A stretch of 63,109 bases of DNA, counting the filler, from Asterionella formosa (Eukaryota), in NCBI GenBank assembly GCA_002256025.1. It is 23 parts of 23 records of this genome, joined end to end, with 100 filler letters (N's around TTAATTAATTAA, not from the genome) between each part and the next. Parts side by side here need not be neighbours in the genome. Positions count along the whole stretch, not along the records: positions 28,528 to 46,915 come from NKIB01004051.1; positions 47,016 to 48,163 come from NKIB01004052.1; 21 more parts are not named here. One strand, 5' to 3'. A model generated the notes under the pieces. That model did no database searches. It worked only from the letters and a program-made list of their open reading frames with translations, and was not told where the DNA came from. This document shows, piece by piece, positions 36,655-48,163 of this stretch. The position numbers and the translations under genes were made by a program. Within the stretch, counting starts at the first letter, position 1; each line of letters opens with the position of its first letter.

Positions 36655-38163
36655 ATGAGCTTTGCAATAATTGGTGGACGAGCAGCTTCCCAAGGCTATA
36701 GTAATATTGATAACAGTGGTACGGGTGACGATGCCTTCTCCAGCACCAGCGCGACACTCGGCAAACGGGCTTGCTTGCTTCTGCTAGTGGTGCTCCCATT
36801 GGTGCTTCTGATGAAAACGCCAACGACTCCTGTTTTTATGGAGCACGAAGCCATGGCTGGGCCTGATGCTGCCGCGAAAGCTGCCTCACGTGTTCATCGT
36901 TGCAGAGAAGTAGACTGGGAACAGGCATGTGAAAATGTCGGAAACGCTGGGGCTCGACGCCGTCTCAGTTCTGTCATGGAGGAGGCCTTTCTTGATTCGG
37001 ACGACCCTTCCGTAACCTTCGACAATAACTGCCTCCGAGTCTTTCGCCTGGATCTCGAAGGAGTTACAACATTTCCTTACCATGCCAACCATCTGCTCCG
37101 GCTCGGTGGCAATCACACCATGGCTTTGTTTATCCAGCACGGCGCAATGCGTGATGCGGACCACTATTATTGCACTTTTCGGAAACTTATGCTAGAGCAG
37201 AATTATCGACCTTTTGAGGAAATTTTGGTCATCGCCCCAGACTTCAATTACATTGGCGATCCTGGGGTGATTCCCACTGACGCATTTTGGAACTCGACGA
37301 AACCGTGGGCAGACTGGCGCGTGGGAGCAGAATCAGACCCCAGGTGTTGCGGGAACAAGATTGGCTCTCGCAATCGCCAAACCATCTCAAGCTTTGACGT
37401 TTTAGATAACATGCTTGGAATTTTGACCAACAAAGAGTTGTATCCAAACATTGACAAGATATCCTACCTTGGTCACAGTGCTGGGGGGCAAATGGTGCAC
37501 AGGTATGCCATTGTTAGTGAATTGGCCGCGCAGTACGATGCTGAACATGGCGAAGGAAGTATTGATATAGAATTTATCATTGCCAATCCATCCTCCTATG
37601 CGTACCTTGATGCACGCCGCTATAAATACAATTGTGGCGATTGTGTGTGCGCCCATGATAACTGCACATGTGATAAACATTGTACTGAACAGGAACATTT
37701 GGGCATTCCTGACCAAGGGGATGACTGGGTGTGCCATGACGAAACGTACAATGATTGGCCATACGGACTTGGCAAATTCTCAGATGGCAGTCGGCATTCC
37801 ATCCCTTATGCAACCCGATTACTACCAGGGGATGCCTCTATCATGTACCGGGAGCGTTCCGTGGTGTACATGGTGGGACAAAATGACACATGCAATGATA
37901 ACCTTCCAACATGCAATTCTGATTGCTGGAAGCGTGAGGATTACCCACCTGGGGAGTGGCCATGTTTCCGTAATCACATGGATACTCGTTGCCCAGCCAT
38001 GCTGGAGGGTCCATTCCGGCGTAGACGTGGAATCCAGTATATGAAATACCTGGAACATGTATATGGGGAGCCAACACATGTCCTTCATGTCATACCAGGG
38101 GTAGGTCACAATGCAACCGGCATGTTTGGATCTGCCATTGGACTACAGGAGATCTTTGACTAA
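36655..38163 (+). CDS. Type II membrane alpha/beta hydrolase, paralog 2, 502 aa
   Basis: Same architecture and motifs as paralog 1 (FIQHG, GHSAGG, IANPSSY, VGQND, IPGVGHN). Near-identical N-terminus. Confidence 0.9.
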   Translation: MSFAIIGGRAASQGYSNIDNSGTGDDAFSSTSATLGKRACLLLLVVLPLVLLMKTPTTPVFMEHEAMAGPDAAAKAASRVHRCREVDWEQACENVGNAGARRRLSSVMEEAFLDSDDPSVTFDNNCLRVFRLDLEGVTTFPYHANHLLRLGGNHTMALFIQHGAMRDADHYYCTFRKLMLEQNYRPFEEILVIAPDFNYIGDPGVIPTDAFWNSTKPWADWRVGAESDPRCCGNKIGSRNRQTISSFDVLDNMLGILTNKELYPNIDKISYLGHSAGGQMVHRYAIVSELAAQYDAEHGEGSIDIEFIIANPSSYAYLDARRYKYNCGDCVCAHDNCTCDKHCTEQEHLGIPDQGDDWVCHDETYNDWPYGLGKFSDGSRHSIPYATRLLPGDASIMYRERSVVYMVGQNDTCNDNLPTCNSDCWKREDYPPGEWPCFRNHMDTRCPAMLEGPFRRRRGIQYMKYLEHVYGEPTHVLHVIPGVGHNATGMFGSAIGLQEIFD

Positions 38164-38715
38164 ATGGGAAGTGAATTTGAAAAATACCTGTTTTGAAAAT
38201 GTCGCCTTCATTTTTATTAGGAATATATGTACGGTATACCATTGGTGCTCTTTGATGTCAGACATGGTATAATTTACCATGGTACCTGGTAACAAAAGTT
38301 TCAATTTTGGCTAGACTACTGTGGAGCTTCATAGTATGCTTCAGCGCTGCTGACGAACACTTACCGGTAAATATTTGTGGATTTTAGGGGTATACCGGTA
38401 CACTATGCCAACATCCTGCCAAAGGATTAGTGCGGGGATTGATTCTAATGCAAACAAACCTACCGGTAGGCTATGTAGAGAAAAATGCAGTTACGTCATA
38501 CCGGTAGACATTTTGTGTTCACAAAACCAATTTTTCCAAGGTACTAACTCACCTGTGAACCCTACATACAGCATATTGGCAAATTCATTTCGTAAAAAAT
38601 AATAATATCTCATCATGATGGGAATGAGTGAATGATGCCGATCGTAATAATTTAGCCTCTGAAGGAAGAATCATAAGGAGTGTTGCACAACATTGAAACC
38701 CGGGGATATCAAGGG

Positions 38716-40128
38716 ATGAGCGACGATTGTGATAACAATCCATTATCCAGCAGCAGGCGTCGGAATCTCCTTCAAAGACCCCTCCTCCTTGCCCTCGTCG
38801 TGCTACTGCCAATATCAGTACCGGTACTGATTTACGCCCTAAGCTCTCGTCCCGTCGAAAACAAATCCTGGGTGGAATCCTCGGCAAAGACATTCTCACG
38901 TTGCCAAGGAATCGACTGGCAACAGGCATGCGAGCAGATCTTGAATTCCAGCTCAACTCGACGCCACCTTGTCAGCGAGGACTATTCACAATATCTGACC
39001 TACGATGCCAATTGTCTCCTTGTCTACCGAATGGAGCTGGAAGCGAACATTACGTTTCCATATTACTCCAACCAATTCGTTCAAGCTGGCGGCAACCAGA
39101 CAATGGTTGTCTTCATCCAACATGGTGCTCTGCGCGATGCAGACTACTCCTATTGCTCTTTTCAACAACTCATGCTCGAACAAACATATCGTCCTTTCGA
39201 CCAAATTCTAGTCATTGCACCAGACTTTAATTTCAAGAATGACGAAGGAGTCCTGTCCACTGATGCCTTTTGGAACTCGACGAAACCATGGGGCGACTGG
39301 CGTATCGGAGCAGAATCGGACCCAGAATGTTGCGGCAACAGCAATGCCAATTCGACTTCAACCATTTCAAGCTTCGAAGTTTTGGACCAGATGTTTGGAG
39401 TTTTGACCAATACACAGCTGTATCCAAATATTGACAAAATATCCTTTGTAGGTCATAGTGCTGGAGGGCAAATGGTGCATCGGTATGCCATGTTAAGTCA
39501 ACTTGCCGCTAAGTATGATGCTGGCAAAGGAACTGCTGACCTGGAGTTTATTGTTGCCAACCCATCATCCTATGTGTACCTCACTGATTACCGATATAAA
39601 TACAATTGTGGCAATTGTGAGTGTAGCAGCGAAAAGTGTGTCTGCGACCAAAACTGCACTCAACCTGCTGGCTTAACTGTCCCTGATGAAAGTGGAGTAT
39701 GTATGGACAACAAGTACAATGATTGGCCCTATGGACTTGGCATGTTTTCTGATGGTAGTCAGTATTCAATACCCTATGCAATCCGAGCACCTTGCAACAC
39801 AGCTCGCATCTACCGGGAACGTTCTGTTACTTATCTGGTTGGACAGAATGACACCTGCAATACAGACTTACCTACATGTAGTCCAGATTGTTGGAAGCGC
39901 GAGGAGTACTTACCAGATGAGCGGCCTTGCTACTCTCACCAAATTGATACCCGTTGCCCCGCCATGTTGGAGGGCCCGAACCGTCGTGACCGGGGAATCC
40001 TTTACATGCAGCATCTGGAATTCGTTTATGGTGAAAAGACCCATGTCCTTCATGTCATTCCTGACGCAGGCCACAATGCAACTGCCATGTTTGGATCATC
40101 AATTGGACTACAGGAACTCTTTGATTAG
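38716..40128 (+). CDS. Type II membrane alpha/beta hydrolase, paralog 3 (start uncertain)
   Basis: TM PLLLALVVLLPISVPVLIYAL, then FIQHG, GHSAGG, VANPSSY, VGQND and IPDAGHN. First in-frame ATG is 38716; the ORF-track start 38680 is a GTG. Confidence 0.88.
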   Translation: MSDDCDNNPLSSSRRRNLLQRPLLLALVVLLPISVPVLIYALSSRPVENKSWVESSAKTFSRCQGIDWQQACEQILNSSSTRRHLVSEDYSQYLTYDANCLLVYRMELEANITFPYYSNQFVQAGGNQTMVVFIQHGALRDADYSYCSFQQLMLEQTYRPFDQILVIAPDFNFKNDEGVLSTDAFWNSTKPWGDWRIGAESDPECCGNSNANSTSTISSFEVLDQMFGVLTNTQLYPNIDKISFVGHSAGGQMVHRYAMLSQLAAKYDAGKGTADLEFIVANPSSYVYLTDYRYKYNCGNCECSSEKCVCDQNCTQPAGLTVPDESGVCMDNKYNDWPYGLGMFSDGSQYSIPYAIRAPCNTARIYRERSVTYLVGQNDTCNTDLPTCSPDCWKREEYLPDERPCYSHQIDTRCPAMLEGPNRRDRGILYMQHLEFVYGEKTHVLHVIPDAGHNATAMFGSSIGLQELFD

Positions 40129-41020
40129 TTTTTAGCAACCATGGAAATGATTTACTATCTCTACTTCAGCTGAGAATCTAGACATTGTTTTGATTGCCCC
40201 AAAATGAAATTGCAAATGTCAATGCACCTGCCATTGTAATTCAATTCATTCTGGCCATGTCTGCACCTTATATCTATGAGTGTGGCAGTAGTTATTGTCA
40301 GCACCATATTTTCTATAAAGTTTAAACTAAAAATGCTATTCCTGGTAATAATGAACACTGATGGAGACTCTGATGCCCTCCTCATGGTATCACTGTTCCT
40401 ATTGAAAAAAGCTCACAATATGATTGCTTCATACATAACTATGTACATTGACTGCATACACAGTAACCAGGTACCAAAATGCTGGTGAGTACCACCATAT
40501 ACTATTCCAATTCACTGTTCACTTCAGCCATCAGCTTTGTTAAAAGGTCGAGTACTCCTTCCTGTGGACAGGTAAATCCTTACATAGGACTTACCTGTTG
40601 TATTCTCCCAGTAATGCCTCAATTTGCTATTGAACATTCTGTGTCAATTCTCACAGTTTCTTAGTTACAAGCTAAATCAGACATCGAGAAAATGTTTTCT
40701 GCATTCTCTTTTCGGTGATGCAAACCTTCTTTTGCTTGATATGAAACATCAGTCTCTTTAGCAAGCTACTTGACATGCCAAGATATGTTTTGACGCATTG
40801 GACCTTCTTAGTCGAGCCATTCCTTGTCATTGACACTACAACTACGTACATGCGGTACCAGGTACCAGGTCACCTGCATATTCCTGACAGGCACATTTTG
40901 GCATTCGCCGCTTTTCCTTATTTATTGCTTACTATTTTATTACTCAGCACAGTCACGAGCGGGATTTCCCAGGAGTCCCTTGTGCGCCTGGTGTGGTGGA
41001 GCACCGGTACTCGTAGAATC

Positions 41021-41112
41021 AGCAAGTTACGGTAATTGTGCTGTAGCTAAATATGTAGCTTTCTTTATCCCATATTAAAATTGTTTATTTAAGCAAAATG
41101 ACCGCAATTTGC
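41021..41112 (+). mobile_element. MITE-like repeat copy D
   Basis: AGCAAGTTACGGTAATTGTGC...TTGTTTATTTAAGCAAAATGACCGCAATTTGC. Confidence 0.6.
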
Positions 41113-41520
41113 AGGTACCCTAATACCTGTAGGACAGGTACCACATTTACGTACCGACATCTAGTTAGTACTGTATGTGGCCAGGACGACAAAATTTACT
41201 TCGTCGCTCAGCACGTTGCTTGCTTCGTTCAACGCATCTTCTATGTACATAACTTTACAGTATTCATGTTCAACTATGCACATGTATACCTACCTATATA
41301 CCGTTACTATCACAGTTTTGTGTTATGTATGCCCCTACGTTATGTATAGACAATATAATTTTATAAAATCATAATAAAATATTCACATGTATCTCTTGAG
41401 GCGGGTCCAGAAGCCATACAAGTGTTACCAACGCGAACCTTCGCCCTTCTGCAATTATCAGCCATTGTTTGCTCATACGCTGAGGACACAACAACAAAAA
41501 ACTCAGGAAACAAGCACATC

Positions 41521-42576
41521 ATGGCAAAGTCACTATTCTACTTCTTGTTACTCCTTGGGGCTTATCATTGCACGATCGCCTCTACCGAAGAACCCACTGA
41601 ATCAGCCACTGAACCTACCGCCAGCGAAAAGGGCGAATCGCCCTGGGAGGCTGCTACCGGTAATGTGTCTCAGCAAGAGGTTTCAGAGACAACGATCTGC
41701 TCGGGACCTGACTTTTGCTTTGATTTTTATGGAACGTCACTCCAAGATCTCTTGAGTCCAAACGTCACAGAACCTGCGAAGCTAGATGAAATCAGAGCGA
41801 ATCTTAGGGCAGGAAAGGCGGTTGTCATTAACAACGCCTTCAAACCTGAGTTTGCTGAAGCGATGCACAAAGAGTTGCTCAAAATGGACTACAAACTTCA
41901 AGAACGATTCGATGCCGATGGCTTCCAAGTTTCGCAGTACAATGTCTATAAATGGGAAGATTACAATGAATTAATGCGGGCGTTTCACCATGTCATGGAC
42001 AACCCCAAGTCCAAAACCTTTATGAATGACCTTACTGATCGAGACACTTCTGGAATCATCAGGAGTGGGGCAAGCTGGTTCGCACCAAATGGATACGTCC
42101 TGCCTCACGACGATCATCGCGAAATGAGGACTGTGTCGTATGTTTGGCATCTCTCGAGGAATTGGCTTCCAGAATGGGGCGGAGCTCTCTACTGGTGCCC
42201 AGAGAACCACGCGCATGCGTATGTGCACGCAAGCTTCAATACATTGACCCTCTTCTCAGTCACTACCGGAACGATCCATATGGTGACCCCAGTGAATCCG
42301 GCAGCCACAGAGAAGCGCCTAACCTTTAACGGATGGTTTACGTCTAGTTGGTTTCCGAGCGCGACCGATGACCTTGTTTCTTATTTGGACACTCCTAAGA
42401 AGCGAAGGGAGCTCACCGAGGATCAAACTGTTAAAATAAATGAGTTGGTCAATAGCGATGTGCTTGATGCAGGAGTCAGAAACAAGGTTGGACATCTGAT
42501 GGCATTGGCATATGAGGAGAATGTTGGGCCTGTCCGGTTCACTCATCGTCTTGAGACTGGTGTTTCTATTTCTTAG
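41521..42576 (+). CDS. Secreted/ER 2-oxoglutarate-Fe(II) dioxygenase, prolyl-hydroxylase-like (OGFOD1/Tpa1-like motif set), 351 aa
   Basis: Signal peptide MAKSLFYFLLLLGAYHCTIA. HxD (PHDD), RTVSYVWHL, WLPEWGGAL, FNTLTLF, distal His (IHMVTPV) and 2OG-binding Arg (KRLTFNGW). First in-frame ATG is 41521; 41422 is GTG. Confidence 0.88.
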   Translation: MAKSLFYFLLLLGAYHCTIASTEEPTESATEPTASEKGESPWEAATGNVSQQEVSETTICSGPDFCFDFYGTSLQDLLSPNVTEPAKLDEIRANLRAGKAVVINNAFKPEFAEAMHKELLKMDYKLQERFDADGFQVSQYNVYKWEDYNELMRAFHHVMDNPKSKTFMNDLTDRDTSGIIRSGASWFAPNGYVLPHDDHREMRTVSYVWHLSRNWLPEWGGALYWCPENHAHAYVHASFNTLTLFSVTTGTIHMVTPVNPAATEKRLTFNGWFTSSWFPSATDDLVSYLDTPKKRRELTEDQTVKINELVNSDVLDAGVRNKVGHLMALAYEENVGPVRFTHRLETGVSIS

Positions 42577-45519
42577 ATTCTGTGGGGGATATGGTAACTA
42601 TGGTCATGCACCATGATTCTATCTGATTCATATCTGCTGGTGACCTATAATTAGTAAGTAGTTTTTTTAATAAGTTCAAAGTCCTTCCATTTGATGACTC
42701 CTTCAGGAACACTGTCACAACCTTCCAAAAGGATATACATGGCAGAAGCTATTCTCATCATACGAGAATAAGTTCAGGTTATGTGCTCTTAGTAATAGCA
42801 ATGATTCTAATAATGTAAAAACGTGGATGCAACCTATTCTTCGATCGTAGTAAATAGGGAATGTCTGTTTGTAATTGTACTTGAATGTTGGCTATCTACA
42901 CATTTTGCAATTCATTTGTTGAATAATTTTTGCTGATCGAAGGAAGCTCAGTGAAAGCTTTGTTGGTTGGGGTTGATGGTAAATTTTGTCATATGGCTAA
43001 CACATGTGCCTTCAGCTCAGCAGATACCTTCCCATATTATAAAAGGTTTTTGACAAGTATTGCATTGTCTAATTTGTTGAATGTGGAAGTACATCCAAAT
43101 GATCAGTCTTATGAAAGTTTGATGGAGCCATGGTAATGTGACTAGATGACTGTCTTGTGGAGCAAGGTATACATGGTATTTGGAACGCTGCAACTGGAAA
43201 AGTGGAGTTAAATTGGTTGGGGGAGGGAGTGAAGCAAAGTCGGGAATCTCGAAGGTAAACAGAGAACAGAGATATGTTGGAGCCAAGGCGGCAATATAAT
43301 GTACAGAAAATGGGATGGAAATACTAGGTGTAACAGCATTTATGTAGGGGGGGGGCAACTTATAAGATAGTAGCATTAAGGAAGGAGGTGGGGAGAACGA
43401 GGTTTTAGGAAGAAAAGTCTTGCAAGAATACGCCAAACGAATAGGAATAATACATTCTAAAAAGTCAAACAATGTCAATACTTCCTCTTGAATAGCGAGC
43501 TGAGTCAAGCATTGATTAGATCCTCAAAATGAAAGCATCATATGTAACCAAATAAATGGATAGCTAGCTAGTGATACAATGGATACATCGCAATGGATTG
43601 GATATCATCCATCAGGTATACCATGCCAGCCTCTCAATATAAAGAACGCACCGGCCAAAATAATTGAAANNNNNNNNNNNNNNNNNNNNNNNNNNNNNNN
43701 NNNNNNNNNNNNNNNNNNNNNNNNNNNNNNNNNNNNNNNNNNNNNNNNNNNNNNNNNNNNNNNNNNNNNNNNNNNNNNNNNNNNNNNNNNNNNGCACCGG
43801 CCAAAATAATTGAATTCAAACAAAAATGGACTTGTTGATAATGAGTTGAATTTCAGTTTTACCGGACACTTCGACATTTATGCAGGTGAGATATGAACAG
43901 GCTACATACAATGAATTCTACACGAGTGGAACACAGGACGGAATCCAGAATCCGTTTGTATGCCATACTTGATGTCGAAATACGGCAACAAATTATAAAA
44001 TACTCAATGCATGTGTGAAATCGTGCATGGATTTGTATGGTTCACCCGGTATACATAGTAGGTACACTCATTGCACCATGTGACTGGCATTTTGAGTCAG
44101 CTAGCAGTAGCAATGTTATGCTATTTCGAGGTGGTGTTGGATATGATCTCACATCATGACAATGAATAGCAATTCAGATCCGAAAATTTTTGGCCTGCTA
44201 GCTAAGATTTAACTGGCACCAAATAGTCCAAAAAGTACAAATTTACTGTTTTGATTTGCTAGGTATTAGGTCATCATGAAGAACAACTTGTATGAACAAG
44301 TACCAGCATTGTTATGTGTTGAGTTGTTGGAGAAAATCTATGGTCACAATAAAGAAGAAGAATTCATATGGTCTGAAAGTAAACAAGCAAGCGAAAACTA
44401 GTTTGGTGTTAGCTGACAGATTATGTAAACAATCAATTCTACTTGAGTCGAGCAAGCTTTGTTTGACAAAGCAAGTATCGCCATGATGACAAAGAATAAT
44501 AATTCACAGGGAAAGAGAAATTCAATTTGGATCCAGTGAGCATTCAATCGAAAAGAAACAGTTCGGGCAGGTTTGTGTTGACTTTTTCGAAAAGTGCATA
44601 CATACTGTTTGCTGTACACCAGGATAATCTATCATTATCTGATGAAGGCTAGCATTGATGATTCATATGGAAAGCAAAAATCGATTTGGGTGTACTGAGA
44701 TTTGAACTAAATAAAATAATTAGGTCTGCGTCGACTAGGTTTAAAACAGCTTTGTTGTGTTGGATAATCAAGGGTCATATCATGAAAGCTAATGATTCAT
44801 ATTGAAAGTAGTAAGACTCGGTTTGGGTCTGCTGAGAGTTCAGCAACCAAATGAAACAATTCAAGTTTTTTTCGAATAATTAAAACCGCGGATATGTTGT
44901 TGTTTTGAACAAAATGAAAGACTTGCCTACAAATAGGGGAGTACGAATGGGCTATAAAACATAATATCCTTTTTGATTTGTAGGATAATTCAATCGTCGT
45001 GACGAAGTTTATTAATTTATCAATTTGAAACCGAGATATGGTGTTGGTCCACTGACAGCCAGTTAAACTCAAGAAATGTAATACAATTTGAGTTGCATCC
45101 ACTTGTTAAAACAAAAACCAACATAGCTGGTATTGAGTTGTTGATTCCATAATCACGACAAAGGATATTAACACAGTCATGTGGAGAGTGAAATTTTTTT
45201 GGGTTTGCTGACAGATTCATTAAAATCAAATTCTAATTGAGTAGAGTTTTGTTCGAAGAAGGGAAAGTTGGAATGATAAGCTGTCAAACATTAAATATGG
45301 TTCTGCTGATTATAGACAAGTTCTGTGGGCATGATGGATAGAAGGGAAAGATTTGTGACAAAAGGAAATTATATAGTAGTAGCAAATCAAAAAACTAAAA
45401 GAATAAACATTTATTTATTTTAATTTTTTCAAACTTGCATTACTACTTAACTTGCTTAGCTTGTGCATTTCAACCTGCATCAACTATTCAATGACTTCCT
45501 GCAAGCAGGCCTACCAAGC

Positions 45520-46552
45520 ACAATTTGCACTCACTCATCCTTGATTCAGAAATTGGAAGTGGACATTTTACTCGAATTCCCCCTTAGTATACACGCCATC
45601 CATTAATAGTGTCTATGGTGGCGGACTGGGTTGATGTTTCAGCTGCAGGAGGATTACTAGTAGTCAAATTCCTAGGGACAGGTGCAGGCTCCTCACATTC
45701 CGTGGTATAGTGCCCCTTCTTTTGGCATCCTCGGTGGCATATGATGTGCACCTTACCTTTTGGCCTTTTCCACACACCATTCTCGCCATTGTTGTTCAGT
45801 GTCGTTCCATCTTTGTCCTCCACATTGTGAAAGGATACACCATCATCGACCGCTCGTACTTCGCGTAGCGCGTGCCGTGGATCCTGCTTCCAGTTTGTTA
45901 GTAGGTGGTAGGCTCCACTAACGGTCTTGGGGTAGTTGTTCTGTCCTTGTAGGAAGTCGTTTTCCATATTTTCAACCAGACGGCCGCAGGGTGCACTATC
46001 AGCTCCAATTAGGAATGCTACCGCTGTGAATCGCTCGAGTACCTCCGCCTTGAGTTCAGTTAGCTGTTGATCATTCATGTTCACCTTGCTAATCATATTT
46101 TCATTCAGAATCATGGCCTCAATTCCTGAGTCACCAGCAATGGTCCTTCCGCTGTGATCAATAACATCCAGCATGTTCTGAAAGTGTTATAGGTAGACCT
46201 GTGTCGTCATGTTTTGTCCCTGGACACACATATAGAACTTGCGCTTGGATTTGTGGAGGGAGTGAGGCAGGTCTTTCTGACTTTGGAAGTTATAGTTGAC
46301 ATCCTTGATGACTTTAAGGAGAGTCAAACCATTACCTTCCATCGACATTGTTTCAAATATGTCTGTGGCCTCGACCTTCTGCTGCATTATATCTGTGCAT
46401 TTTCCCCAGCACACAAGGGAGTATAGTGTCTTGATGTTCTCTTTGAGGTACGTTGACCTCTTTACAAACTCATCCACTTCTTTCTCCCAAATTTGTTCGT
46501 CTGTGCATGTAGAATCCTTTGGTGGGTCCTTGGGTGTTGTGATGCTGACCAT
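45520..46552 (-). mobile_element. Degenerate CoDi-type Copia gag fragment
   Basis: IWEKEVDEFVKR..LKENIKTLYSLV.WG.CTDIMQQK, AVAFLIGAD, MENDFLQGQNNYPKTV..AYHLL.NWK and zinc knuckle CHRGCQKKGHYTTEC. Contains stops/frameshifts. Confidence 0.8.
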
Positions 46553-47015
46553 CTGCCATGCATTTTAGCAATTCTAGCAATTTCTGCCTTGTCTTCCTTG
46601 AACGGAATACATCTGCCATCAATATGCCACTTCTAAATGTTGCACTCTATGTAATACTGGTGGTCTATTGAGGTCTTTTGAATATCGGTACTAGGTACTA
46701 CATAGGTAGGATACCTGATACAAAGTACTCTGGAGTAGCAGGCTGCCTGGCTGCTGGTACTCCGAGTACCGGGTAGGTCTACGTAAAATAGATGGACGTA
46801 AAGAATTGATTTTCCGAGAGGGTACACGACTAATCTGAGTTGAAGTTTGAAAGAAGGAGAGAAAAAAAATCAACCCCCAGCACAACAGGGTTGAATTTCT
46901 TGGAGGTCAGTAGGTNNNNNNNNNNNNNNNNNNNNNNNNNNNNNNNNNNNNNNNNNNNNTTAATTAATTAANNNNNNNNNNNNNNNNNNNNNNNNNNNNN
47001 NNNNNNNNNNNNNNN

Positions 47016-47815
47016 CAGGAGACGCTGCTCCGATCAACGGATTGGCAGCTTCGTTTGCCAGGTTACCATTGCCTCACAGCAATGGGGGACCTGACAGCGT
47101 CGCAGCGAGGTGTGGCAATACTGGTGTCGACCAAATTCAACTGTACCCCAGTTGGTAAGGCCACACCATTTTGGACTTTTGCGAGAGTCTATGGGGCCAC
47201 CCTCTTGAGGCCTATTCTTGTGGGAACAATTTATGTCCCATGCAGAGCGGATCGCATCCGAGTGCTCAGGGCCCTGCCCCGAGCCTTGGACGCTCTGCAT
47301 CGGGAGTTTCCAGAAGATCCCATTGTGATGATGGGAGACTTCAACATGAAGATGACGGAGTTGCAGATTCTGATGGGACCGTGGCGGCTTCCCTTTCGGG
47401 TGTTACCCATCCGAGGGGGGGCCTCCACTCGCCAAAGCCGGCGGGAGGGACAGCCAACACCTGCCATTGATTTCATCACATATTGTGGTGACACAGTGGC
47501 GGCTGTCCCCCCTGCCAGGGTCCTCGACACATGGGATATTTCGGACCACTTCCCAGTTGTTGCGGACCTACCTGGGCTTACCAGAATCCCAGAGATGGGG
47601 ATTGCCCCACCACGGCCGGAATCACTGTACCGGCGGATTGTGATGGAGGAGAAGGAACTCAAAGTAACCGTGGCTAATAGTAACTATTGGCAGCCACTAG
47701 CTGACTCGCTGGAAGAGGACCTGGAGGATGTAATCGAGTGTTCACATTCACTTGAAAACCCCACCAGTTACCACCAGGAAAGGTTGGATGGTATGGCCAA
47801 GAAGTTCACTACAAC
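47016..47815 (+). mobile_element. Non-LTR retrotransposon APE endonuclease fragment
   Basis: APE motifs RGVAILV, IYVP, MGDFN, IDFI and SDHFPV in order. GC-rich, then an abrupt switch to AT-rich repeat at ~47816. Confidence 0.88.
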
Positions 47816-47821
47816 ATGTCA

Positions 47822-48163
47822 CCATGTTGCAGCAATAATACACAAAAATCTAATGAAAGGTTTTTACCACTGGATATTCCATAACTTTACAACTATGCGA
47901 CCATTCCATGATGTTGGACATCTCAATTGACTGGGAGGCTGTATAGAATCAGATCGTATTCAAATCTTAATTTTGGAACAATGACTAACGCCATAGATTG
48001 GTCATCATGTCATGTTGCAGCAATAATACACAAACATCAAATTATAGTTTTCTACCTCTGGATATTCCATAACTTTACAGCTATGAGACCTCTTCATGAT
48101 GCTGGACATCTCAATTGTCTGGGTAGCTGTATGGAATGAGATTGTATCCTTATCTCGATATTG
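47822..48163 (+). repeat. ~190-bp imperfect tandem duplication
   Basis: CATGTTGCAGCAATAATACACAAA...GGATATTCCATAACTTTAC...GGACATCTCAATTG at ~47823 and ~48011. Confidence 0.8.

Noticed and set aside
41422..41520. Upstream extension of the oxygenase resembling a second signal peptide
   Set aside because: It starts at GTG with no nearby in-frame ATG, and ATG 41521 already gives a good signal peptide.
43648..43814. 21-bp direct repeat GCACCGGCCAAAATAATTGAA flanking an N gap (TSD-like)
   Set aside because: Typical unmerged contig-overlap artefact at a scaffold gap.
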